A DNA stretch of 37,563 nucleotides from Chitinivibrionales bacterium. GTDB taxonomy: Bacteria; Fibrobacterota; Chitinivibrionia; Chitinivibrionales; WJKA01. Positions 16,831 through 27,312 of this stretch are shown piece by piece. The stretch lies in the NCBI GenBank assembly GCA_038247415.1, contig JBBRUX010000039.1, forward strand, positions 1 through 37,563, read 5' to 3'. The notes beneath the pieces were generated by a model. That model was not told where the DNA came from. It made no database searches and was given only the letters and a program-made list of their open reading frames with translations. Made by a program: the position numbers and the translations under genes. Within the stretch, counting starts at the first letter, position 1. Each line of letters starts with the position of its first letter.

Positions 16831-18989
16831 AAAAATCCCCACATTCCTGAAATGTAAAATGATGTGCTAATATCGCCTGCGTCTACCCGATTATTAAAGT
16901 TAAGATTCCCTGCACCATCCGAAACATCAAGCATTCCGAACTGTACTCCTGCAGAAAGCGAAATATTTGCAAAAAGAGGCATGGTAGTAAGGTCTAATCC
17001 CGCCCGAAAACCCCACGAAGAAAAGAGTGCTCCTTTGGGTGGGTAGAGGCTTGTGTGTTCCTGATTAAGGTAAAGACGTGCAAAGCTTAAAGCAGGGATA
17101 GCTTTTTTATTCAGCATGAAGGCCAGTGTAAAGGAGATGCCTGGTACATTAAGCGAAGAATCTGCTTCTTTACCGGCATAGACGCTATCAACTCTAATTT
17201 CTTGACGGAAAGTAGCATCAAAAGAACTTCCTTTAAAGGGATTAAAGCGCAAAAAAACATCGTATCCTGTCGACATCCGTTTACGGGAAAGCATTAGATT
17301 TTGTGTGGTAAAGCGTGTACCGGTCGAATCGACCCTCAGCCTATTAGACATATAAAACGAGTGCATATGTGCATAGGCAAGTTGGCCAGACTCATTAATA
17401 AATCCGGCGCCAAATTCGACCCCTTTGTAAGCTACCGAAAGAGCAGGAAGCCGCCATACCGTGCCCGTAACGGGCTTAAAAGCACTACGCGCAAGGGTGC
17501 CAAGGAGCGTGAGCGTGATTTCATCGAGCGAAAGAATATCCATACCAACTTCTAGTTCAATAACCTTTTGAGCAACGATAAGGGAATCGGCAGGCTTGGG
17601 AATTGCTACAAAATGGTAATCATCGTTTCTAATAGCCGATTCGAGTTGGTTACCATCAAAAAAGAATCCAATACCAGCACGATATACATCTGCGCTATAG
17701 GATGCATGCAAGCCCCCCACACTAAAGCGTGTGACATCGGCAAGAAAGAACTGCGCCACAAGGCCATTAGTTTTAGCCAGAGCAGTAAATCCGGTTGCTG
17801 GATACGAAAGATACGGATTATAGTTAGTAAATCGATTGACAACAGTCCCATCTCCTATGGTAAGGTCGGAAATGGCACCAAGCCTAAAAACAAAGGTGTC
17901 GGCAGCACTAGCGCCAGGCACATTCAGGGTTAATCGGTCTATCAGGCTCAGCCCCCCGCTTATTGAGGCAAATTGAGATAGGCCAAAAGATTTATAATTT
18001 TTGCCCGCAAGCAGTTGGATGTGTGCGTCAAGCATTGCTAACCGATACGACGCAGTCAAGGCAACTCCGGGAAACCCCCCTGCGCCATTAAGCGACATGC
18101 AATAGCGGGCTCCAACGCTTGCCGTGGTTTCGAAGAGGCTATCTGCAGGCGCACTACGGTCATAGGTGGCAAGCTCTTTTAAATGATCCTCTAGAATTGC
18201 CCCATAGACCCGGTTTGGTGAGAATGGATACTTTTGGAATCCTTCGTCTTGTTTTTTGGAAGCATTTTTAGAAAAGAGATTGTCGGAAACTGCTATGCGG
18301 CTACGAATCGCGCTCGCGTCTTCTGTGGGCTTAATGCCTGCAGCCGAAAGCTGTGCCGTTATGTATTCGTCACCAAAGAAGTGCTTGAGAACTGCAACAT
18401 GTTTATAGGTAATAAAGAGTGGGGCAGTGGGCTGCTTCCCCGGAAAAATCATAGTGGTCTGACCAGGCGTGAGTTTTCTGCCTTCTTGTTGAGCAATGTT
18501 GCGGACACTTACCTCTCCGTCAAGAACCTGAAATCCAGTTTCCCCCGATTTTTCTTCTACAACGGTTGATACCGCACCTTTTCGTGTTTCAGCCACACCG
18601 TTACTGGTGTAAATAGATATGTGTGCGCCAGAAATAACATTAGCATACACACCACCGGCAAAAAGGGTAATGGAAACGTCAAGTATTTTTTCGTTGGCAA
18701 CTGTTTTTTCTACTATATTAACCAAAAGCTTTGAGTTGGAACCAAGCACCAAAACATTGCCTTTGCCAAATTGCAGCACGGTACGGGCTTGGAAGAATGT
18801 TTCAACGATATCATTATCAAAAAGTTTGTTGCCCATGGCAAGCTTTTCCCAGGTACGTTTCTGGGATCGTTGTACTTTGCTGGTTCCTGTAAGCGCCGAA
18901 ATGTCAAAAGATGTTTGAGCGCATATTTCGCTCTGGATGAAGAGAACGAGAAAAATTGACAGAAAACCGAGGCGACATAAGAGGGTCAT
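16827..18989 (-). CDS. FecR-domain protein with a long C-terminal probable outer-membrane beta-barrel
   Basis: Signal peptide; FecR-like W..LAMGNKLFDNDIVET..IYTSNGVAETRKG..VLDGEVSV; amphipathic beta-strands; aromatic C-terminus ISGMWGFL. Confidence 0.7.
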   Translation of the reverse strand: MTLLCRLGFLSIFLVLFIQSEICAQTSFDISALTGTSKVQRSQKRTWEKLAMGNKLFDNDIVETFFQARTVLQFGKGNVLVLGSNSKLLVNIVEKTVANEKILDVSITLFAGGVYANVISGAHISIYTSNGVAETRKGAVSTVVEEKSGETGFQVLDGEVSVRNIAQQEGRKLTPGQTTMIFPGKQPTAPLFITYKHVAVLKHFFGDEYITAQLSAAGIKPTEDASAIRSRIAVSDNLFSKNASKKQDEGFQKYPFSPNRVYGAILEDHLKELATYDRSAPADSLFETTASVGARYCMSLNGAGGFPGVALTASYRLAMLDAHIQLLAGKNYKSFGLSQFASISGGLSLIDRLTLNVPGASAADTFVFRLGAISDLTIGDGTVVNRFTNYNPYLSYPATGFTALAKTNGLVAQFFLADVTRFSVGGLHASYSADVYRAGIGFFFDGNQLESAIRNDDYHFVAIPKPADSLIVAQKVIELEVGMDILSLDEITLTLLGTLARSAFKPVTGTVWRLPALSVAYKGVEFGAGFINESGQLAYAHMHSFYMSNRLRVDSTGTRFTTQNLMLSRKRMSTGYDVFLRFNPFKGSSFDATFRQEIRVDSVYAGKEADSSLNVPGISFTLAFMLNKKAIPALSFARLYLNQEHTSLYPPKGALFSSWGFRAGLDLTTMPLFANISLSAGVQFGMLDVSDGAGNLNFNNRVDAGDISTSFYISGMWGFL

Positions 18990-19114
18990 TGCAAATCTCA
19001 ATCGTATATAGTACAATAATTATCAAGCAATTAGCAGTACTTCATACCGCAGGGTTGCGGTAGCGTTTGCGTTGGTTCAATAAGTAATATACTACCTGAA
19101 ACATTACGAACACT

Positions 19115-20065
19115 ATGAAGCTTGTTATTCAGATCCCTTGCTATAATGAAGAGTCTACCATTGCGGCAACCATTGCTGCTCTTCCAAAAAGCATCGCGGG
19201 CATCGATACGATCGAGATCATTGTAATAGATGATGGATGTAGCGATCGCACCGCAGATATTGCCAATCTTGCAGGCGTGTGTGAGGTGGTTCGGCTTGCG
19301 GGTCATAACGGGCTAGCTTCTGCTTTTTCGGCCGGCGTTAAAACTGCCCTGAGACGCAAAGCAGACATTTTGGTTAATACCGATGCCGATCATCAATATC
19401 CAGGTCACTATATAGCATCGCTTGTCGAGCCGATTGTTGCACACACGGCAGATGTTGTCATTGGCAATCGGCTTGCTGCAACCCCGCCACCTTTTTCCCC
19501 TGCAAAAATGTTTTTTGAGCGCCTGGGTTCTCTCTTTGTAAGTATTGCCGCGGGTTTAAGGGTACCCGATGCCGCCTCTGGCTTTCGTGCTTTTAATCGC
19601 GCCACACTCATGGCAATGGTTATTCACGGGAAGTTTTCGTACACCCTCGAAAGTCTTGTGTTTGCGGGTATGAAAAAATTGCGCGTTGCATCTGTTCCCA
19701 TCGTTGTTAATCCAAAAGTTCGTCCTTCACGTCTTTTCCGCTCTATTCCACAGTACATCAGACAGTCGGTTATTACGGTTCTGCGTGCGTATCTTATGTA
19801 TCATCCACTTCGCTTTTTTGTGAATCTTGGATATTTCTTTACGCTGCCAGCTCTTTTGCTTGGAATTCGGTATCTTGTGCTTTTTGCCATGGGGCGCGGC
19901 GCGGGGCATATCCAATCGTTAATCCTTGTGAGTATTTTTGCTATGCTCGGATTTTTATGCATGGTAGTTGGGTTAATTGGAGATGTTATCGCAGCCAATA
20001 GGCGCCTTTTAGAAGATATCCGCTACGAGCTTCAAATGCACACTACCCATGAAAACAACCCTTAA
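19115..20065 (+). CDS. GT2 polyprenol-phosphate glycosyltransferase (DPM1/ArnC-like)
   Basis: IPCYNEE, IDDGCSD, DADHQY, DAASGFRA; two C-terminal TM helices. Confidence 0.9.
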   Translation: MKLVIQIPCYNEESTIAATIAALPKSIAGIDTIEIIVIDDGCSDRTADIANLAGVCEVVRLAGHNGLASAFSAGVKTALRRKADILVNTDADHQYPGHYIASLVEPIVAHTADVVIGNRLAATPPPFSPAKMFFERLGSLFVSIAAGLRVPDAASGFRAFNRATLMAMVIHGKFSYTLESLVFAGMKKLRVASVPIVVNPKVRPSRLFRSIPQYIRQSVITVLRAYLMYHPLRFFVNLGYFFTLPALLLGIRYLVLFAMGRGAGHIQSLILVSIFAMLGFLCMVVGLIGDVIAANRRLLEDIRYELQMHTTHENNP

Positions 20066-20148
20066 AAAAACATTTATCTTTTTGTCAATTATTTGGGTGT
20101 TAACCATAAACATCTGCTTTTTTTGGCAGCGGATCGCACACTCTTCGG

Positions 20149-22044
20149 TTGCTAGCACCGCACGCGAAACATTACACACATGGTTACATATGTCGCGATA
20201 GCGGCATAGGGAGTTGTATGCTGGGCGTTCTCATAATGTGTTTGGCAGTTATAGGATGCGGGCATGTAGTCATGCTCCCTTTTTATAAAGGCATTCCTTG
20301 TGCAAGTTTACGTATAGCCGTTATTGGCGTAATGGGTTTAGCGGGGATATCGTTTGTTGTTATAGGATGTGGGATGTGTGGATGCCTGTATCCCCGGCTT
20401 TTGATATATGTAAGCGTGCTTTTTGCAGGATACGGATGTTTGACTATTGCGAATGCAGGGAGGCGCTACGGGCAAACGTTTTTTCGCGCTCTTGTGCATA
20501 TTTCCCCAAAGGTTTCATATCTGGCAATTGCTATTATAGCTGGTATGATTGTTATTGCAATTGTTGCAAGTTTTGCCCCCCTTGTTGGATCCTTTGCAAA
20601 TGACGAAATCCTGTATCATATTTCGGTGCCCTTATTTTGGCTCAAATCGCATGCAATGAGCACAGTCCCTTTTGCCGTTGGGTTTCTTGCGTCAAGTGGC
20701 GAAGTGCTTTTTGCATGGGGCTATGCTTTGGCTGGATCAAGCGGTGCCCATTGTGTTTCGGTTCTTTTTTATGGGGTGCTCATTGTTGCCACCTATGCCG
20801 TGGGAAGAATACTGCATAGTCAAGTTTGCGGATTGCTGTGCGCTGTGGTGTGTTGCGTAAATCCTGTCGTATTTCGCAGTGCCTGGCTTGCATTTACCGA
20901 TGTTCCGGTAGCTACATGCTTTATGGTGGCCGCGTGTTTGATACTTTTAAAACCACAAGACTTTTGGCGGCGAGATTTTCTTGCGGGACTTGTTGTTGGA
21001 TTTGGATGCGCGCTTAAACCAACAGGATATTTTTATGCGCTTGCGCTTGTGATGGTTATGATTTTAGATCTGATGCTACAAAAAAAGCTTGTGAAGGAGA
21101 TTGGTCGAAGTATTCTTTTTTTTGGCGTTGGTACCATTATTCTCGGACTATTTTGGCCACTCTGGTTGTGGGCGCACACAGGCTGTCCTGTTTTTCCTCC
21201 TCCCCATTTCTTGTTTACACTCTTCCCAAACTTTACTATTCATACAGGAACAGAGGTGTTTACAAAAGATACGGCCGAGCATATGTGGCATTTTTATAGC
21301 CAGCGCGTTGGGGATCTTGGGCGCGGGGTGCACAATTTCTTAATACTGCCCATAACCATAACGTTTTTTGGTTCCGTTTTTCAGGCAGGCGATTCAATTG
21401 GAACTGTCCTCGCCTCAACGCTACCGTTTCTTTGTGTACTTTTGGTTAAAGATCCGCGATCGCGGCTACTGTTTATATTTGGTAGTGTTGGTGCAGCGCT
21501 CATGTTTTTTATGGTATGTGCAGAAGCTCGGTATATTCTCATTTCTATTATTGTAATGCAGAGCCTTGGGGTTATCGCGCTTATGAAATTAACCCACTAT
21601 ACAAGCATGCGTAGTGCGCTTGTCGTGCTTATCTGTTTTAATGTTTGTTTTGGTGTGCTGACAGCTGCTCGTCTTACTGCAAAGCCTATAAAGAGCGTTT
21701 TTAGCAAACACTACAACAGAGAATATTGTTTGCAAAATAGACCATATGCAAAGCTTTTTGCAGCTGTTGATAGTTTACATCTAGATTCTGTTGGGGTATG
21801 CTATCACAATCAAGTGTATCTGTATCTAAAAACGCCGTATTATGTTTTTGCTGCATTGCCAAAACAGACAACAAAGCAAGGGTATCAACCAGATACATCG
21901 TATTGCATTGATATCGATTACAACGTCGTAGTAGAAGATACCGCAGCAGCATTGGGTTCTGGATTTTATAATGATAGCTCAAAAACTTCCATGACGCTCG
22001 TGCGCTCATCGACGGATGCCCGGCTGTATCGAAGCATTCGATAA
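20149..22044 (+). CDS. Polytopic membrane GT-C-like glycosyltransferase (ArnT/PMT-like); 5' end possibly frameshifted from ATG 20049
   Basis: Many TM segments; NDEILYH loop, AFTDVP, ALKPTG, GCPVFP, EARY. Confidence 0.7.
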   Translation: MLAPHAKHYTHGYICRDSGIGSCMLGVLIMCLAVIGCGHVVMLPFYKGIPCASLRIAVIGVMGLAGISFVVIGCGMCGCLYPRLLIYVSVLFAGYGCLTIANAGRRYGQTFFRALVHISPKVSYLAIAIIAGMIVIAIVASFAPLVGSFANDEILYHISVPLFWLKSHAMSTVPFAVGFLASSGEVLFAWGYALAGSSGAHCVSVLFYGVLIVATYAVGRILHSQVCGLLCAVVCCVNPVVFRSAWLAFTDVPVATCFMVAACLILLKPQDFWRRDFLAGLVVGFGCALKPTGYFYALALVMVMILDLMLQKKLVKEIGRSILFFGVGTIILGLFWPLWLWAHTGCPVFPPPHFLFTLFPNFTIHTGTEVFTKDTAEHMWHFYSQRVGDLGRGVHNFLILPITITFFGSVFQAGDSIGTVLASTLPFLCVLLVKDPRSRLLFIFGSVGAALMFFMVCAEARYILISIIVMQSLGVIALMKLTHYTSMRSALVVLICFNVCFGVLTAARLTAKPIKSVFSKHYNREYCLQNRPYAKLFAAVDSLHLDSVGVCYHNQVYLYLKTPYYVFAALPKQTTKQGYQPDTSYCIDIDYNVVVEDTAAALGSGFYNDSSKTSMTLVRSSTDARLYRSIR

Positions 22045-22072
22045 TGTATTTATATGTAAAGCATACAGGCTT

Positions 22073-23644
22073 ATGAAATTTTTAATGCCAAAACCAACCA
22101 ACACGCGGCTTTTTGCCTGGCTTAAAGCTAGTCCTTTGCATGCGGGGATAGGGTGCTTTGTGCTGTATTTGGGTACGCTTATGCTCTTTTATTCTGGCCA
22201 TATTTATTCTAACGACACCGTTGCGAAAATGGAATCGGCTCGGTCGTTTCTTAAACACGGGACCACAGCAATCGACCCGCAAAGCAAGGGATGGGGTTTA
22301 GTTGGTAAAGATGGAAAAGTGTATGCGCATTTTCCCCTGGGGACCGTTGTTGTTTGTATCCCTCCTTTGGTCGTAGCTGGATTTATAAAATCTATAGTGC
22401 ATGTGCCGCAGGCGCCATACCTCGAAACTGCTTTTGTTGCCTTGCAAGGGGTGGTTGCTACGGCATTGTGCGGTGGCATACTTGCAATGCTTCTTGTGGC
22501 GATTGGGTTGTCTTTTGGCAGAGCATTGTGTGCATCGGCATGTATCGTATTTTGTTCAGAAATACTCCCGTATGCAAGCAGCGGATGGTCGGAGCCGTAT
22601 GCCCTTTTGCTTGCAGTGGTGGGGTGTTGTTCGCTTATCTATTCTCATAAATACATTTACGTTAAGCGATCGATCCTTGTGTGGGGAATATGCGTGGGAT
22701 GCGTTACACTCTTTCGTATCGAGTTGTTCGTTTTTTGTTTGTTTGTCTGGTGTGGTGCAACGATCATACATAGAAAATACTGGAGAACATATCTTGTTGC
22801 TGCATTAATTATGTCAGGGATATTTTGCTTAAACCTCTGGTATAATAATTGTCGATATGGCAATTATTTTGATTTCGGCTATTTTGGGCACACTGCTACT
22901 GTTGCAGAAGCTTCGGCCCATGCAACTATTACCGATTTCTCCAATCGTGCAATTCGATCTGATTACTGGATGCGGTTGTATTGGCTGCTCTTTTCTTTTG
23001 GAAAGTTGCATTTCTGGTACGTGTCGTCACTGTTGCTCCTTGTTCCCGTATGGTTTTTTACCATTAAAGCTGTTCCCAAAATAGTTCTCGTGTATGCGCT
23101 ATCTGCCCTGTGCATGGTTCCTTTGCTGCCACTCGTGGGCATAAATTCGTGGGCATATGCTAATCGGTATGTCTATGTTATATTCCCCTTTGTATTATTG
23201 CCGTTGGCTTTTATTGTTCGAGCCCCATGTGCCGTGCTTGTAAGTATTGGCTCGGCAGCTCTTGTGGGGTTTATAACAAGTGTGGTAGGGTCGCTTATCA
23301 ATTATCATGTTGCACTAGAACGGCTGGTGAATAGGTCGGATTTTTCGCATGTCATGTGTATAAATCTTGACATTAGAACAGCCCCTTGGTGGGAACATTG
23401 TCGTATGCTTCCTGGGGCATTCGTTAGTTCTTTCAAGCTTGTCTTTGGTATGGTCCCACATGTTTCGCGCGAGTGGGTACGCACACAGTGTCTTGATGTG
23501 TGGCCAAGTAGTGTTATTGGAGCGGGGGTCAACCCGGTTGTTGCAATGGGGTTGTATTGCATTCTTTTAGTAGCGGTGAGTGCAGGATGGGTAACCATAA
23601 TAAAGCTTTTGAAGAATCCGCATACAGACAAAGGGTTGCAATGA
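22073..23644 (+). CDS. Polytopic membrane GT-C-like glycosyltransferase
   Basis: SND acidic first loop, GKDGKVYAHFPLG, WSEP, WYN..RYGN..FGY, SWAYANRY; multiple TM helices. Confidence 0.65.
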   Translation: MKFLMPKPTNTRLFAWLKASPLHAGIGCFVLYLGTLMLFYSGHIYSNDTVAKMESARSFLKHGTTAIDPQSKGWGLVGKDGKVYAHFPLGTVVVCIPPLVVAGFIKSIVHVPQAPYLETAFVALQGVVATALCGGILAMLLVAIGLSFGRALCASACIVFCSEILPYASSGWSEPYALLLAVVGCCSLIYSHKYIYVKRSILVWGICVGCVTLFRIELFVFCLFVWCGATIIHRKYWRTYLVAALIMSGIFCLNLWYNNCRYGNYFDFGYFGHTATVAEASAHATITDFSNRAIRSDYWMRLYWLLFSFGKLHFWYVSSLLLLVPVWFFTIKAVPKIVLVYALSALCMVPLLPLVGINSWAYANRYVYVIFPFVLLPLAFIVRAPCAVLVSIGSAALVGFITSVVGSLINYHVALERLVNRSDFSHVMCINLDIRTAPWWEHCRMLPGAFVSSFKLVFGMVPHVSREWVRTQCLDVWPSSVIGAGVNPVVAMGLYCILLVAVSAGWVTIIKLLKNPHTDKGLQ

Positions 23645-24774
23645 ATGCAATAATTTTTGGCCTTGCAGATATCACAAAGCCCCGAACGCGCATCATGATG
23701 GCTTCTTTTGAGAAACTATTTCCGCACTGCAAACATATAACGTACTCTATTTTTAACGACATTCCCGATAAATCACAAATGAGCAAAGGTGCGCTTATAG
23801 CAAAAATCTTTGCTATGGCGTACGCATATCCTTTGCTTGTTGTAAAGTATCTGTGTGCGCCAAAGCACGGCATTGTGTTTGTGCCCTATTGTGGAATGTT
23901 TGATGTTGTATGCATTAGTCCGTTTGTGCGCATGCGAAAAGCAAAGCTTGTATGGGATATGTTTTTATCGGTGTATGATACTGTTGTAATTGATCGGGCA
24001 CTTGTGCATCCTCGGTCTTTTTCAGCACGACTGCTCTTTCGAATCGAATCACTGGCAGCTACTCGCGCAAATCTTGTAATCCTTGACACAAATTTACATG
24101 CGCAGTACATTCAGGTGCTTTTTGGGCTCAAACCCAATGCGGTTACCTTCATATGGGTTGGTGCCGAAGAACGGGTTTTTGGAAATACTGCGCAAAGCGT
24201 AAATACCCGGCCTTTATCGGGCGAAATTTTTACCGTACTATTTTATGGTCAGTTTATACCTCTGCACGGGATTGATATCATAATCGCTGCGGCTGCAATG
24301 GTAGCACAATCTGCACCGCACATTAAAATTATTATTATTGGGTCGGGTCAGGAATCGGCCCGTATTGATGCTCAATTAGAGGCTTCGCCAATTTCTTGTA
24401 TTCAGAGGATTCCTTGGGTAAGCTATGAAGATCTTCCCAAATATATCAAGATGGCAGATGTAGGTCTTGGTATTTTCCCCAAGCAAGGCAAAGGACTTCG
24501 GGTAATTCCTAATAAAGTATACCAGATGCTTATGGGAGGCCTGCCCCTTATCACTGCTGCAACGCCGGCAATACAGGAGCTTTGCACTGTGTATCCTTTG
24601 GCGCCAATAAACTGCATCGAAACAAATAATCCACAAAAACTTGCAGATGCAATCGTGCATGCTTCCCAGCAAAAAAAAGAGATCCCCTTTTCCTCGTTTC
24701 CCCATATCGATTCCAGCATAATCCAAGCCCAGTGGAAAGAAATTCTGCCACCATGTGGCATGATAACTAAGTGA
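23641..24774 (+). CDS. GT4-family glycosyltransferase
   Basis: FYGQFIPLHG, ADVGLGIF, IPNKVYQ; ATGA overlap with the upstream gene. Confidence 0.85.
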   Translation: MNAIIFGLADITKPRTRIMMASFEKLFPHCKHITYSIFNDIPDKSQMSKGALIAKIFAMAYAYPLLVVKYLCAPKHGIVFVPYCGMFDVVCISPFVRMRKAKLVWDMFLSVYDTVVIDRALVHPRSFSARLLFRIESLAATRANLVILDTNLHAQYIQVLFGLKPNAVTFIWVGAEERVFGNTAQSVNTRPLSGEIFTVLFYGQFIPLHGIDIIIAAAAMVAQSAPHIKIIIIGSGQESARIDAQLEASPISCIQRIPWVSYEDLPKYIKMADVGLGIFPKQGKGLRVIPNKVYQMLMGGLPLITAATPAIQELCTVYPLAPINCIETNNPQKLADAIVHASQQKKEIPFSSFPHIDSSIIQAQWKEILPPCGMITK

Positions 24775-24817
24775 TGCAAAACTTGCCCCCACGATGTTTG
24801 GATGGTAGTATCACTAC

Positions 24818-26377
24818 ATGTCCACGCGAATTCCCAAAATTCTAGTCGAATCACACCCCACAGGTGTCGGGCATGTATACATTGCTGATATTTTGATGAT
24901 CGGCATCAATTGCCCGCGACTTAAGAGCTCTTTGGATGACAATGTATACCATGTTATTCCCTTGTCAACAATAGCTGAGATTGCCACGGTTACTCATGCT
25001 TTTGGATTGGTATTGCTTAATGCAGCACTTGTTATAGATCCATCAGAAGCTGATATCGAGCAGCTCTATTTTTTATCCGATGCTACGCCACTTGTAGTAT
25101 ATGCAGAAAGTCTTAACGATTTGTCGCCTCATGCGCGCAACCTTATTACCGATGGTACGTTTGAGTGGGTGAGCGGTTACGAAATTGATGCCGGCCTTTT
25201 GCGCGCTCGCATCGATAAAGTTCTTCTAAATCATCGTATCAACGGTACTTTTGTCCAGCAACAAGAGGTAGCCCGAGAAAAGGTACGGCTCGAAGAAGAA
25301 CTCGTTGTCAAGAATTTGCTTGTCGAAAAAGAGCGCGATGTATCAGAGTCTATTATAGCATCGGTGGGCTCGGGATTATTGATTGTAGACATCGAAGGAA
25401 CTATAATTCTTATAAATTCTCATACGCAAACACTTCTGGGCTTGTCTCCCTTGGGGTATGTGGGGCTGTTGTTTGACGCTGTTTTGCCCGAGGCTTTTGC
25501 TGATTATATTCGTGTTTGTCTGAAAAAATGTAATGATAAAGAATCCCATAGCGATCTCAAGCGAATTTCGTTTAATGGTTTTATTTATCAAATAGCAGCC
25601 TATAAAATGACTCAAAAAAATGGGAGTAACAGGGGGCTTCTGGTTTTTATTCATGATATTTCCGAACAAGAAAAATTAGCTTCTCAGCTTTACCACAACG
25701 AAAAATTAGCAACAATAGGTACTATGTTGTCGGGTATTGCGCATGAATTGCGTAATCCACTCTCAATTATCAGTGCGCGTGTACAGCGAGCGCGTATGTC
25801 GCCTTTGGCCGAGAGCGGACCTATTGCCAAGGCGTTCGAATCTATCGAAAATCAATCGCATCGGTGTAGCACTATTGTAAATAGTTTGCTTAATTTCAGC
25901 CGTACTAGTTCATCGTCGTATGCGTTGCATGATGCTGCTGCAGTTCTAGACGAAACGCTCACCTACAGTGCCTATCAGAATTCCTTCGACACTATAGAAA
26001 TTATAAAGCACTACACCCCAGGGCTTTCTATCTTTGGCGATCGATCTCGCTTTGTACAGGTTTTTCTTAATATTATAACGAATGCTGCAGATGCAATGAA
26101 TGGTAAGGGAGTGCTTACTATCAGTATCGTGCAAAGCTCTTTAGGTGGAACCCGCATTGAAATTGAAGATAACGGCCCTGGTATTCCACACGAGGTCATG
26201 TCAAAAATATTCGATCCCTTCTTTACAACCAAAGATCCTGGCAAAGGCACGGGTCTTGGTCTTGCAATCTGTCAAAAAGTTATTGTTGAGTCGGGGGGGG
26301 CAATCGTGTGCAGTTCGGTACCCGGAAGAACCGTTTTTACGAGTACTCTTCCCACGTATGCAGGACGGCTTATATGA
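24818..26377 (+). CDS. Cytoplasmic PAS-domain sensor histidine kinase
   Basis: PAS ([15 protein letters not shown]), H-box [10 protein letters not shown]-box [30 protein letters not shown]. Exact start uncertain. Confidence 0.92.
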   Translation: MSTRIPKILVESHPTGVGHVYIADILMIGINCPRLKSSLDDNVYHVIPLSTIAEIATVTHAFGLVLLNAALVIDPSEADIEQLYFLSDATPLVVYAESLNDLSPHARNLITDGTFEWVSGYEIDAGLLRARIDKVLLNHRINGTFVQQQEVAREKVRLEEELVVKNLLVEKERDVSESIIASVGSGLLIVDIEGTIILINSHTQTLLGLSPLGYVGLLFDAVLPEAFADYIRVCLKKCNDKESHSDLKRISFNGFIYQIAAYKMTQKNGSNRGLLVFIHDISEQEKLASQLYHNEKLATIGTMLSGIAHELRNPLSIISARVQRARMSPLAESGPIAKAFESIENQSHRCSTIVNSLLNFSRTSSSSYALHDAAAVLDETLTYSAYQNSFDTIEIIKHYTPGLSIFGDRSRFVQVFLNIITNAADAMNGKGVLTISIVQSSLGGTRIEIEDNGPGIPHEVMSKIFDPFFTTKDPGKGTGLGLAICQKVIVESGGAIVCSSVPGRTVFTSTLPTYAGRLI

Positions 26378-27282
26378 ATAAAACAATTCTAGTTGTTGAC
26401 GATGAAGAAGATCTCCTCGATATCATGCACGATTTTTTAACTGAGGAAGGATATAGCGTTCATGTTGCCCTTAATGCCGAACAGGCTCTGGCAAAGCTTT
26501 CGCAACAGAGCTTCGATCTGATGGTCTCGGATATTAATATGCCCGGCAAAAAAGGTTACGAACTCTGTGCAATTGTAAAGAAAGAATATCCGCTGCTTAC
26601 CACAGCCCTCATGACAGCATACGATGTTCGGGATTATATTTCTATGGCAAAAGAATTTGATATCGGCAATATTATTACCAAAACTACGCCTTTTAATTTT
26701 GATGAAGTGGGAGCGCTTATTGCGACCCTTCTTTCTAAAAATGTTTTCGGTTTAGCTCGCTATGTCAACGGAAAAATTAATACCTTGCGCATCAAGAATT
26801 CGGATGAAATAGAAGCGGTGATGCACAAAATTCTCGACTGGATGCAATCCGAGCGTGATCGCAGAAAGTTTCGTGCGGCCTTGGGCGAAATTCTTATTAA
26901 TGCGGTGTATTATGGAGCCCAAAATGAGCGCGGCGATCGCAAGGATGTGTGGAAGTCGAATGTCGATCTGGCTCCTCACGAGGAGATCGTGATAAGCTAT
27001 GGTTGCGACGGGGAAAAAGTTGGCGTGGCAGTAACCGATCAACGAGGCAGATTAACAAAAAAAGATGTTTTATACTGGCTCGAACGCAATACAACCCGCG
27101 GCGAAGATGGCTTAGCCGTCGGACTGTTCGATGAACACGGCAGGGGATTGTATATCTCGCGGGAGTCAATAGATCGCTTTATTGTTAATATCAAGCCTAC
27201 GATAACTACCGAAGTTGTTATGCTCAATTATAGCGAAGGTCTGTACGATGGCTCTCGTCCCTTATGGATTTACGAGATGTAA
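26374..27282 (+). CDS. Response regulator with a C-terminal HATPase (RsbW/SpoIIAB-like) domain
   Basis: ILVVDDE, SDINMPG, MTAY and K of REC; then GEILINAVYYG, DQRG, GRGLY; ATGA overlap with the kinase. Confidence 0.85.
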   Translation: MNKTILVVDDEEDLLDIMHDFLTEEGYSVHVALNAEQALAKLSQQSFDLMVSDINMPGKKGYELCAIVKKEYPLLTTALMTAYDVRDYISMAKEFDIGNIITKTTPFNFDEVGALIATLLSKNVFGLARYVNGKINTLRIKNSDEIEAVMHKILDWMQSERDRRKFRAALGEILINAVYYGAQNERGDRKDVWKSNVDLAPHEEIVISYGCDGEKVGVAVTDQRGRLTKKDVLYWLERNTTRGEDGLAVGLFDEHGRGLYISRESIDRFIVNIKPTITTEVVMLNYSEGLYDGSRPLWIYEM

Positions 27283-27312
27283 AGTCTTATTTCTTTTCCC
27301 TTCGATACTATC

